This document shows positions 1 through 7,201 of a DNA stretch of 20,000 bases, in pieces. The notes under the pieces are model-generated. The model was given only the letters and a program-made list of their open reading frames with translations. It did no database searches and was not told where the DNA came from. Position 1 is the stretch's first letter; each line of letters begins with the position of its first letter. The translations under genes and the position numbers were made by a program. The stretch is from IMG/VR virus record IMGVR_UViG_3300029258_002844. One strand, 5' to 3'. Origin of the DNA: an uncultured virus (IMG/VR IMGVR_UViG_3300029258_002844). Taxonomy: Duplodnaviria; Heunggongvirae; Uroviricota; Caudoviricetes.

Positions 1-782
1 TTAATAACAGGATGGTTCTCGTCAACGTCCTTGTTGTGCATAAATGCAATCAACATTCTGTCAACATCACCATACGTAGGAGCACCCAACTGATCCAAAT
101 CTGATTCTGTAATTCCAAGGTCATCGGTTGGTACAGCATCAATACAAGATTGGATTGTTTGCACAATTCTAGTCTCGTTGAGTTGAGCATACATATCTCG
201 AACGTATCCTGAGAGACCATAAACTTCAGACTTCCAAAGAAATTGGAGTGGTCCGAAATTTCCGACATCACCATGTAAGGTCCAGAACCCAAGAAGATAC
301 TCGGTAAAATTGTCAGTACTGACAACAATTCCTCTTGATTCATGAGCCATATCAAAAAGATACATCATCCGAAAACGAGCTTTGATATTACCCCTTCGGA
401 TAAGTTCTTCAAAGGTGAGTGGCATGTCCCGACGAAAGTGAAGATCATATTTTGGCCAAACTTCTCTAACGTAGGCTTGAAAACCGGCGTCCAAGGCGGA
501 GAAAGTACATTCGTCGCAAAAGGATTCACCAACAGCCATAGCTCGAGAAATTGCATCTGGATTGGATTCAATACCCAAACATTTCCCAATGAGTTTTATT
601 CCGCCCAAACGATCGACTACAACTCTTGCAAGAGCAGCAGTCAACATAGAATCAACACCGCCCGAAAGGCCAATGACCATACTCTTCCGATCCTGACATT
701 TAAACCGTATATGGGATTCCCATGCAACGATGATGTTGTTATAAATCTGTTTGTGGTCGGTAGTTATTGTATACCTTGTCAT
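1..782 (-). CDS. nadE: NH3-dependent NAD+ synthetase (3' end runs off the window)
   Basis: Not in the ORF track; translated by hand from ATG at 782, which overlaps the pncB stop as TAATG. Reads MTRYTITTDHKQIYNNII...MVIGLSGGVDSMLTAALA (SGGxDS PP-loop)...RGNIKARFRMMYLFDMA...VVSTDNFTEYLLGFWTLHGDVG...KSEVY...DAVPTDDLGITESDLDQLGAPTY, all NadE signature blocks. There is no N-terminal glutaminase domain. The frame is open to base 1. Confidence 0.93.
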   Translation of the reverse strand, partial: MTRYTITTDHKQIYNNIIVAWESHIRFKCQDRKSMVIGLSGGVDSMLTAALARVVVDRLGGIKLIGKCLGIESNPDAISRAMAVGESFCDECTFSALDAGFQAYVREVWPKYDLHFRRDMPLTFEELIRRGNIKARFRMMYLFDMAHESRGIVVSTDNFTEYLLGFWTLHGDVGNFGPLQFLWKSEVYGLSGYVRDMYAQLNETRIVQTIQSCIDAVPTDDLGITESDLDQLGAPTYGDVDRMLIAFMHNKDVDENHPVI

Positions 783-1990
783 TATCTTTTCCCTTCCTCA
801 ATGAGAAATACCTGCTTTAAATACCGCAGGTGGGATTCATCATCACACATTCCCTTACCAGGTGAATCGGATATCTTCGCGACCGGTTTCATTGGTTTTC
901 TAGAATCTAATGTACACCTTACCAGTTTTATGACAATTCTGGGTGCTTCTATTCCCAGATCATTTGTGTAATTAGTCCCGATACCAAACCCAGTCTGGAT
1001 CATAGCTCGGAAATATTTGTATAAATCAACAGCCAACTGAAATGTCAGACCATCGGAAAATACACCCCTCTTGGTCATAGGGTTGATGCCAAGTCCCTGA
1101 TAATGTTGGATTAATCTAGTTCCCCAATCATACGGGTCGCCCGAGTCATGTCTTGCTCCTTCAAACAACATCGCCAGATATTTATTGAAGTCTCTAAGGA
1201 ACGCTGTGAACCCAACAACATCAGAAAGAGCAATACCCAAATCACCCTGATAAACATCTGCCCAAGTGTGTAGCGCGTTGCTTTGGGATTCCGCCAACAT
1301 ACCAAATGCTTGGTGTGCTTGTAACCACCAATGAGACATTGTGCCTTGAGGCGTCAACCCGTACTTCATGGCTAACATCATATTGGATGAACCAGCAAAG
1401 AATCGGTTTGCAGTTTCAATGGTCAATTCAATCAAACGATCATGCCAAGCAGGACTATAAGCTCTCCGAGTTCCAAAATCAGAAAACTTGAAACCATGAT
1501 CATCACGATGAATATTCTTGTCAATATAATCCACTTTCTCCAAGAACCTGTTCTTACCCTCTACCCACGGATATTCAGAGTCACCATTACAATAAATATG
1601 ACTGATGATCCTGAGAATAGGAACTTCAAACCATGCAACTGATGACATCGGTCCTATAGCAAGAATCGCAGGACACCCCATTGTATCCTGCGCAACACTT
1701 AAGAACTCACGATTGGGTTTGAACAATCGCAAGTATTCCTGGAAGAAGGGTTGAAAGTATCGAATTCTGGATGTCCATGCAAGCTCCTTCTTATTGAGTT
1801 GGAGATCACAGAAATATCCAATCTCGTCTCGCAGGCGTGTCATTTGTTTCTTATCAAAAACCATTTTTCCACTTCGATCTTTGAAGATAAATTCGCCATG
1901 CGCGTTGGGGTATTTGAGCAACATAGCTTGTACCATCGTGTAAATATACTGGTCTGTGTCCAGCAATGATGTAATGATCGGTTGACTCAT
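782..1990 (-). CDS. pncB: Nicotinate phosphoribosyltransferase (NAPRTase)
   Basis: Motifs SLLDTDxY, DFGTRRAYS, GTMSH (phospho-His position), RHDSGDP, FSDGL, FGIGTN and KISDSPGK match E. coli/Salmonella-type PncB. They do not match NAMPT/NadV (RPDSG, QGDG). Confidence 0.95.
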   Translation of the reverse strand: MSQPIITSLLDTDQYIYTMVQAMLLKYPNAHGEFIFKDRSGKMVFDKKQMTRLRDEIGYFCDLQLNKKELAWTSRIRYFQPFFQEYLRLFKPNREFLSVAQDTMGCPAILAIGPMSSVAWFEVPILRIISHIYCNGDSEYPWVEGKNRFLEKVDYIDKNIHRDDHGFKFSDFGTRRAYSPAWHDRLIELTIETANRFFAGSSNMMLAMKYGLTPQGTMSHWWLQAHQAFGMLAESQSNALHTWADVYQGDLGIALSDVVGFTAFLRDFNKYLAMLFEGARHDSGDPYDWGTRLIQHYQGLGINPMTKRGVFSDGLTFQLAVDLYKYFRAMIQTGFGIGTNYTNDLGIEAPRIVIKLVRCTLDSRKPMKPVAKISDSPGKGMCDDESHLRYLKQVFLIEEGKR

Positions 1991-2220
1991 ACTTCCCCCT
2001 TCTGCTTGAATAGAAACATTGTATTAATAAAATACCCACAACTACTACAGTGATAAAAGTTCTTTCCTTTTTCTCTGTAACGGATCAGGTCAGTACCACA
2101 CCGTTTACATTTTCCACCGTTCCAAGTCTTCTTGTCCTTGTAATAAAAGTAACTGATCGTATAAACGATTACAACAAGAACGACGCCCAGAATTACGTAG
2201 GCGGGATGTACGATTTCCAC
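1987..2220 (-). CDS. Small membrane-anchored Zn-ribbon protein, hypothetical
   Basis: N-terminal hydrophobic helix (YVILGVVLVVIVYTISYFYY) followed by CKRC...CSSC. Purine-rich RBS upstream; ATGA overlap with the pncB start. Confidence 0.75.
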   Translation of the reverse strand: MEIVHPAYVILGVVLVVIVYTISYFYYKDKKTWNGGKCKRCGTDLIRYREKGKNFYHCSSCGYFINTMFLFKQKGEV

Positions 2221-2237
2221 GGGTCATTCCCCCTTCC

Positions 2238-2672
2238 TTATTTTAAATTCTCATAACCTGGTCTGTTTGGCTTCTCATCAAGTCTTTCCCACGGGAAGAC
2301 GATCCAGTTCATTGTTTGATGTACTGAAATAGTGGGTTTCCAGAAGTCTTTCTGATTGGGTTTCCAATAGAGTGCAGCTGTTAAAACCACTTCATGAAAT
2401 TTCTCTGGAATCAAGCTCCGCATTGTTTTACCAGTATCCGTCAGATCATCAACAATCAAAAGACGTTGCGGTTTAACGATATGGAGTTTGTCGAGAGATA
2501 TGTATTCAATCTCCAATTGTTTGGCTAGAACTCCAGCCACAAATACACCACCAACAGGTGGACCATAGACATGAGTTACTGGTAGTCTTGCATATTTGAT
2601 TTTATCTACCAGTTCTTTCATCAAATTACCAAATTCTTCCCACGATAGTATTACTTTTCCTGGTTTGCTCAA
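2238..2672 (-). CDS. Type I phosphoribosyltransferase, purine PRTase (Gpt/HGPRT)-like
   Basis: PRPP-binding loop LLIVDDLTDTGKTM, N-terminal LSWEEF and C-terminal WIVFPWE, typical of short xanthine/hypoxanthine-guanine PRTase-like proteins. TTG start with AGGAG RBS. Confidence 0.85.
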   Translation of the reverse strand: MSKPGKVILSWEEFGNLMKELVDKIKYARLPVTHVYGPPVGGVFVAGVLAKQLEIEYISLDKLHIVKPQRLLIVDDLTDTGKTMRSLIPEKFHEVVLTAALYWKPNQKDFWKPTISVHQTMNWIVFPWERLDEKPNRPGYENLK

Positions 2673-2681
2673 TGTGCTCTC

Positions 2682-4373
2682 CTATTTCTTTACCATCTTG
2701 TAAACAGTTTTACCTTGGAAAAATCTGACACCTTGAGGACCTTTACAAAGACGCATCGTTGCATTGATCTCTGGATCATCGAATTTATCCACTTCCGGCC
2801 TGGTCGGATTTGATCTGAATAATTCAAGGGTGTCATCCGACATTATTGCAATCCCGATACCATTGTCAAGCACCACAAAGTTTGGTTCTTGGAGATCTAC
2901 ATCCTCAACCAATCTATGTTGATAATCTTTATAATCGTTTCCAAAACGGATAATATGTAAGTCATATCGGGAATCTTTATACCCAGTTAACATTACCACC
3001 CCATTGTCAAATTTCGCGTTGACAACTTTGTATTCGGCTAGTTCTGATATCTCCTTCTCGATGTATTTTGTTTTCTCACCCTGTTTTGGAATAGGAATGA
3101 CCAAGTAGGGTTTTCCCATAATTTGTTGATATATCACACCGTCAAACACCTCATGGGTTGTAGGCATAATTGACCAAGAAGAATCTATCGAGATCATGAC
3201 TTTTCCTACCATATCATTAAAACCAATCTCTGTGAGACTTCCCCCATATGTGATAAATAAAGAATTCCCAACAACCATCATGCCAGTTGCACGCATGACT
3301 TGATACATAAGTTTAATACTTTGGTCTAGGATCTTTAAGTGTAGATTACCGTTTTGAACCTTAACCAAAATATCAGTTAGATTTGTATTGGTTATAATGA
3401 CATCAACTCCAGGATTGACTTTGTAATTAACATTATCAATCCACACTTCGCTTTGTGTTTTCACAATACTCTTGCCAAAAACATGTCTATGTGCAACAAT
3501 CTTAGAATCATATTCTTTAACACGAGTAATTTGAAAGTTGTTTGTGCTCTGAATCATTGTAATTTCCACAAGAGCCATTGTGATTGTTCCTGGTAATAAC
3601 GGTGGCTTGCTCCGTTTTCCTTTCTCAAACAAATCAATATACCACTCCTTGTAATGAGGCGGGATCATACTAAAGTCCCTAACAGAACCAGGAAGCCGAA
3701 CATCTGAGTTGAAGATGGAGACATGAGATTTCATTCGTCCTTCTAAATCTCCCTTTTTGAAATCTTTATGCCTCCCTCGAAACGGATGTATACCTGTGAA
3801 GAGATAACAGGTTAGAATAGCAAAAGAAAACCAATCCGTCAATTCAGTAAACTTATTACATGTCCAATCTCGAACATTCGGACTGATTGCTGTTGCTGGA
3901 TAACTTGGGGTTTGCCAGCTATTGATGTCAATAAAATATGGAACCACCCAAGAGGAATCCACGATCACGTTATACTCATTCAAATCAACAATCAAACAAC
4001 CGGTATCATGAATATTGTTAACAACTACCTTCTTAGCTTCTACAAGTTCAACTAAGTGAGTAGGTGTTATACCATTATCGTTTTGAAAACCGGTAGTAAA
4101 GAGTTTGACTAAAGAATGTCCCTTGGCTAGATCCATTGTAAAACCTATGGGTCTTTTCTTGACATCTAAGATAACATCTTTAGGTTTCATGACATTAGGA
4201 ATATTAATCCTTTGTAACTCAACCAACTTTTGTTCAGCAATCATGTTATGTGGAGAATGATAGACCTTGAAAACAGTATTTCCTTGGATCCATGCTTTGG
4301 CTTCTCCACCAGCCTTAAAGTCATTTGGATCCAGATCTATGGGAGTTATCGACCCCCGAACATAAACTTTCAT
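2682..4373 (-). CDS. Ser/Thr protein kinase of the TerY-P/YegI type with a long beta-rich C-terminal region of unknown function
   Basis: AGGEAKAW (Gly loop), VFKVYH (catalytic Lys), IVDLNEYNVIV (catalytic loop DxNxxN), FIDINSWQ, TDWFSFAIL...GIHPFRG. ATGA overlap with the upstream PP2C gene. Confidence 0.88.
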   Translation of the reverse strand: MKVYVRGSITPIDLDPNDFKAGGEAKAWIQGNTVFKVYHSPHNMIAEQKLVELQRINIPNVMKPKDVILDVKKRPIGFTMDLAKGHSLVKLFTTGFQNDNGITPTHLVELVEAKKVVVNNIHDTGCLIVDLNEYNVIVDSSWVVPYFIDINSWQTPSYPATAISPNVRDWTCNKFTELTDWFSFAILTCYLFTGIHPFRGRHKDFKKGDLEGRMKSHVSIFNSDVRLPGSVRDFSMIPPHYKEWYIDLFEKGKRSKPPLLPGTITMALVEITMIQSTNNFQITRVKEYDSKIVAHRHVFGKSIVKTQSEVWIDNVNYKVNPGVDVIITNTNLTDILVKVQNGNLHLKILDQSIKLMYQVMRATGMMVVGNSLFITYGGSLTEIGFNDMVGKVMISIDSSWSIMPTTHEVFDGVIYQQIMGKPYLVIPIPKQGEKTKYIEKEISELAEYKVVNAKFDNGVVMLTGYKDSRYDLHIIRFGNDYKDYQHRLVEDVDLQEPNFVVLDNGIGIAIMSDDTLELFRSNPTRPEVDKFDDPEINATMRLCKGPQGVRFFQGKTVYKMVKK

Positions 4374-5155
4374 TCTTCATCCTCCCTATGAAAGCCACCA
4401 ATTGTTATGTCATCTTGGTGGTATATTTTTTTCTTGCCAAAGTTCTTGATTGCTCGAATCATCCGACGTTGTAGGAAATAGCCAGATGTTGTTTTAAACT
4501 TGACACACTCTCGGGCAATATCTATTGTTGACGGTTTATGATCAAACGTATCAATACCATCTGATGCAATAACAATAGTTTTAAAATCATCCATCGTGTA
4601 TGTCCAATGTATTGGATGATCAAATTTATGATCCGAGTGTGTCGATGGACCACTCAACCTCTGAACAATTCCCTGCTCTTCATACATCTGGTATGCTTGA
4701 GGAGTTAGGTAGTAAGCCAGATAAAATGGCTTGTTGTTCAGTTTGCCGTCAATAAAAGAAATCTCTCTAAAAGAAAGAATGTGATCACTGTGTTCCAAGA
4801 ACACATAACCATCTCCATATACGAATATATGAAGTGTGTTATTGGCAAAATCATTAAAAATGATCATAAGGGTTGCAGCCAAACATTCGTCATTCAGAAA
4901 TAACGAATTGGCCATAATCTTAGCTTGAGTGATAACCTTTTGTCCAAGGTCAAACCACTGCAAACTATTGATGGTTTCTCGCCATGTTTCAAGAACATCA
5001 GCAGCCGACAGACACAATATTCTTGCTCCTATATCTGTATTAGCACAACCAGAGCATCCGTCTGACAAAATTACATAATCAGGTCCAGACAGAATATAAT
5101 CTTGACATATAAAATGGGACTTCCCGGTTGCAATAAATTTATCCAGTGTTATCAT
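4370..5155 (-). CDS. PP2C-family (PphC/YegK-like) protein phosphatase
   Basis: GKSH-x2-CQD, ILSDGCSG, YGDG, IASDGI and C-terminal DDITI metal-binding motifs of the TerY-P-associated PP2C family. Confidence 0.9.
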   Translation of the reverse strand: MITLDKFIATGKSHFICQDYILSGPDYVILSDGCSGCANTDIGARILCLSAADVLETWRETINSLQWFDLGQKVITQAKIMANSLFLNDECLAATLMIIFNDFANNTLHIFVYGDGYVFLEHSDHILSFREISFIDGKLNNKPFYLAYYLTPQAYQMYEEQGIVQRLSGPSTHSDHKFDHPIHWTYTMDDFKTIVIASDGIDTFDHKPSTIDIARECVKFKTTSGYFLQRRMIRAIKNFGKKKIYHQDDITIGGFHREDEE

Positions 5156-5165
5156 TTGTTTCTCC

Positions 5166-5200
5166 CTTCAATAAACACACTTCAATAAACACACTTCAAT
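5166..5200. repeat. 14-bp tandem repeat CTTCAATAAACACA x2.5 in the PP2C leader
   Basis: Units start at 5166 and 5180, with a partial unit (CTTCAAT) at 5194. The repeat lies between the putative promoter and the AAGGGAGA RBS of the PP2C gene. Confidence 0.9.
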
Positions 5201-5215
5201 GAGTAATATATATAG
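5195..5215 (-). promoter_or_regulatory. Putative phage promoter CTATATATATTACTCATTGAA upstream of the PP2C-kinase-PRTase-pncB-nadE operon
   Basis: An exact 21-bp copy occurs at 10935-10955 and a variant at 7058-7071. All are intergenic and in the same orientation. This copy lies just after a terminator-like hairpin. Confidence 0.65.
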
Positions 5216-5250
5216 ATATGAAAAACAATCAAAATTAGATAGGTTGTAGA

Positions 5251-5282
5251 AACCGGACTCCCACTTTCGTAGGAGTCCGGTT
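5251..5282 (-). terminator. Stem-loop after the vWA gene (probable intrinsic terminator or processing site)
   Basis: Minus strand AACCGGACTCCTAC-GAAA-GTGGGAGTCCGGTT: 14-bp stem with one G-U pair and a GNRA loop, 5 nt after the vWA stop. The U-tract is short. Confidence 0.75.
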
Positions 5283-5287
5283 GCCAG

Positions 5288-6061
5288 TTAGAACGTCATT
5301 TGGCTGGGACCACCCGAACCAATCTTTTTCGATGTATCGGATGTGATGCTGGAAACCTGAAGGATGATCTTCTTGATAGCATCTTCGGTAAAATCGTCCA
5401 TGTCAACATACTCTGTGAGTTCGGCCTCCGCGTGAAATTCCGAAAGTTTTCGACTCACAATCTGTTTCCAGGTTGAGTTGCTGTTGCCGTCAGGGTTGAC
5501 ACCCACCAAAATAGTCCGAATGCTTTCAAGCGCTTCAGACCTCATTGCTTCGTCAACCTTCTCTTTGACATTAGCGGCTGTTGGATAGATACGGGAATCA
5601 TTGTCATCACCATCCGTCAAAAACACGAGTATGGCATTGACATCATAATCCTTGGCATCAAGACGCTTGGCCTCAACGACAGTGGCATCCAAAGATGAAC
5701 CAACAGCGTCAAACAACGCGGTGCCGCCATAACAACGTACAACATCATAGTCGGTGTCCTGGTTAATATCCATAAGGAGTTTGAAGCCATGGACTTCAAC
5801 AATATCCTGACTTTCACTAAACAGGACAACCCGCCACAGAATGTTCCTGGCCGTGTCTTCCTTCTTCAGCTTCTCAACAATCTCTCTCATGATCCGGGTA
5901 AGATCATTTTCTCTTCCGGATAGACTGCCGGTGACGTCAACAACCAACGTTCCTAACGTATAGTTTGTGGCGTCCAGTTTCTCGATAGCGGTGTTTGAGT
6001 ATTTGAAACCTCCTTGGAGGTTTATCATTTGACTGCCCGTGGTATCTGCTAATTTCGGCAT
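5288..6061 (-). CDS. von Willebrand factor A (vWA) domain protein, TerY/YegL-like
   Basis: MIDAS elements VVDVTGSL (DxTxS), GGTALFDA and VFLTDGDDN. AGGAGG RBS. Adjacent to the PP2C and kinase genes. Confidence 0.88.
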   Translation of the reverse strand: MPKLADTTGSQMINLQGGFKYSNTAIEKLDATNYTLGTLVVDVTGSLSGRENDLTRIMREIVEKLKKEDTARNILWRVVLFSESQDIVEVHGFKLLMDINQDTDYDVVRCYGGTALFDAVGSSLDATVVEAKRLDAKDYDVNAILVFLTDGDDNDSRIYPTAANVKEKVDEAMRSEALESIRTILVGVNPDGNSNSTWKQIVSRKLSEFHAEAELTEYVDMDDFTEDAIKKIILQVSSITSDTSKKIGSGGPSQMTF

Positions 6062-6076
6062 TGTGTATTTCCTCCT

Positions 6077-6958
6077 TTATATCTTATCAGTAGACAATGC
6101 AGTGCGCATGCCGGCCGTGGTTGCCTCATCCATGAAACTGTCCGTAAAACTTTGGAACAAATTACCGGTAAATTCATTGTCTGGAATCGCCGACGTACAG
6201 TCCGTCAGCAATATGATTTTCTTGACATTGTCGGGGTCGAAGTTTCGAATAATGTCCAACATGGTCTCCCGAACACAGAAATTCAGAGCCTCGCCGGCAA
6301 AGTAGATATTATCAAACCCCTGAATCATACTGATAAAGGGTTTGTTCAGTGAGGTTGTCGGGTCTGTTGGATCAACGACTGCGGCCATCATTCCGGAGTA
6401 GTGCTCAGTCCAAGGATTAGAACCCTTAGTAACATGGGTCAAGGTGGCGACGAATTCGTTTCTCCAATCAATACATGCAGCAATAACATCCTCTTGGATT
6501 GCGGCACCAATGGTCCCGATCTGGCAATGAGGTGGCCAGATAGTCAATACATAACGACCACCATGTTCCAGAGCTTCCAGATATGCAATACCTTGTTGTT
6601 GGTGTTCTGGAACAGGACTGTTGATTCGCCATATCCCATCCTTGGCATTCTGGGCGCTGATAGGTGTAAATGGTGCTGGGTGATTTCCATCCTTGTCAAC
6701 CCACATGACCGGCGTGGCGATATGAAGGTCATGGCAATCATGTGTCAAACTGATCTCATCCAATACGGCACCGTTGTTTCTGATAAAGTTGACCAACCGG
6801 CCAGCATCTTCAGCAGCACCTGGAACCGGAAGTGCAGGTTGGTCATGAATGATTTGGTTTCCAGAATACCCACTGGGATAAATTCCCTCTCTAACCTTGT
6901 CCATAAAATCATTTTGCATGTCCACAATCACCAACGCATTCTTCTCTTTCTTTCCCAT
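6077..6958 (-). CDS. pncA: Nicotinamidase (isochorismatase/cysteine hydrolase family, long form)
   Basis: IVDMQNDF (catalytic Asp), THDCH and WPPHC (metal ligands), VTKG (Lys), TEHYS, AGEALNFCV (Cys). Start moved from 6985 to ATG 6958 (MGKKEK), which follows an AAAGGAG RBS. Substrate is inferred from motifs plus the pncB/nadE context. Confidence 0.88.
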   Translation of the reverse strand: MGKKEKNALVIVDMQNDFMDKVREGIYPSGYSGNQIIHDQPALPVPGAAEDAGRLVNFIRNNGAVLDEISLTHDCHDLHIATPVMWVDKDGNHPAPFTPISAQNAKDGIWRINSPVPEHQQQGIAYLEALEHGGRYVLTIWPPHCQIGTIGAAIQEDVIAACIDWRNEFVATLTHVTKGSNPWTEHYSGMMAAVVDPTDPTTSLNKPFISMIQGFDNIYFAGEALNFCVRETMLDIIRNFDPDNVKKIILLTDCTSAIPDNEFTGNLFQSFTDSFMDEATTAGMRTALSTDKI

Positions 6959-7008
6959 TTTTTCGTTTCTCCTTTCACAGAACAAAAAAGATTTAGTGGT
7001 TGTCTATC

Positions 7009-7041
7009 TGTCCAGCCCTACTATAAAAGTAGGACTGGACA
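7009..7041 (-). promoter_or_regulatory. Strong stem-loop in the pncA 5' leader
   Basis: Minus strand TGTCCAGTCCTACT-TTTAT-AGTAGGGCTGGACA: 14-bp stem with one G-U pair (a C-A mismatch on the plus strand). No U-tract follows. Confidence 0.6.
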
Positions 7042-7057
7042 AATAACTCTATTAGTT

Positions 7058-7071
7058 AGTTATATATATAC
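7058..7071 (-). promoter_or_regulatory. Putative phage promoter variant GTATATATATAACT upstream of pncA-vWA
   Basis: 12/14 match to the CTATATATATTACT core at 5202-5215 and 10942-10955; same orientation; intergenic. Confidence 0.5.
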
Positions 7072-7093
7072 CACCCTTTGATAAACCAAAATT

Positions 7094-7201
7094 TTACATT
7101 TTGCCTTTTCTAGCCTGCTTCCATGAGACTATTACAAAGACAATGGTGCAGAGAGTAAATACTATAAATCTACACCAGAAACTATGGCATTCCATTGCCA
7201 T
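7094..7201 (-). CDS. 35-aa single-pass membrane peptide, hypothetical
   Basis: Too short for the ORF track. MAMECHSFWCRFIVFTLCTIVFVIVSWKQARKGKM. The ATG overlaps the ligA stop (TGATG) and has an AGGAG RBS. Hydrophobic core with a basic C-tail. Confidence 0.6.
   Translation of the reverse strand: MAMECHSFWCRFIVFTLCTIVFVIVSWKQARKGKM

Noticed and set aside
342..971. 209-aa plus-strand ORF, and the minus-strand ORFs 50..355 and 365..589
   Set aside because: They are antisense or off-frame shadows of nadE/pncB, which carry clear family motifs.
782..1990. Interpretation as Nampt/Namat of NARP1 or NARP2
   Set aside because: The motifs (RHDSGDP, FSDGL, GIGT, KISDSPGK) are PncB-type, and the partners are PncA and NadE, not Adps or Nmnat.
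5166..5215. Possible mini-CRISPR or att site from the short repeats
   Set aside because: The 14-bp units are directly adjacent with no spacers and there are no cas or integrase genes. The 21-bp repeat has a third, degenerate copy, which fits a promoter better.
6401..7081. 226-aa plus-strand ORF and other short ORFs over pncA/vWA
   Set aside because: Antisense to a well-supported nicotinamidase; no motifs of their own.
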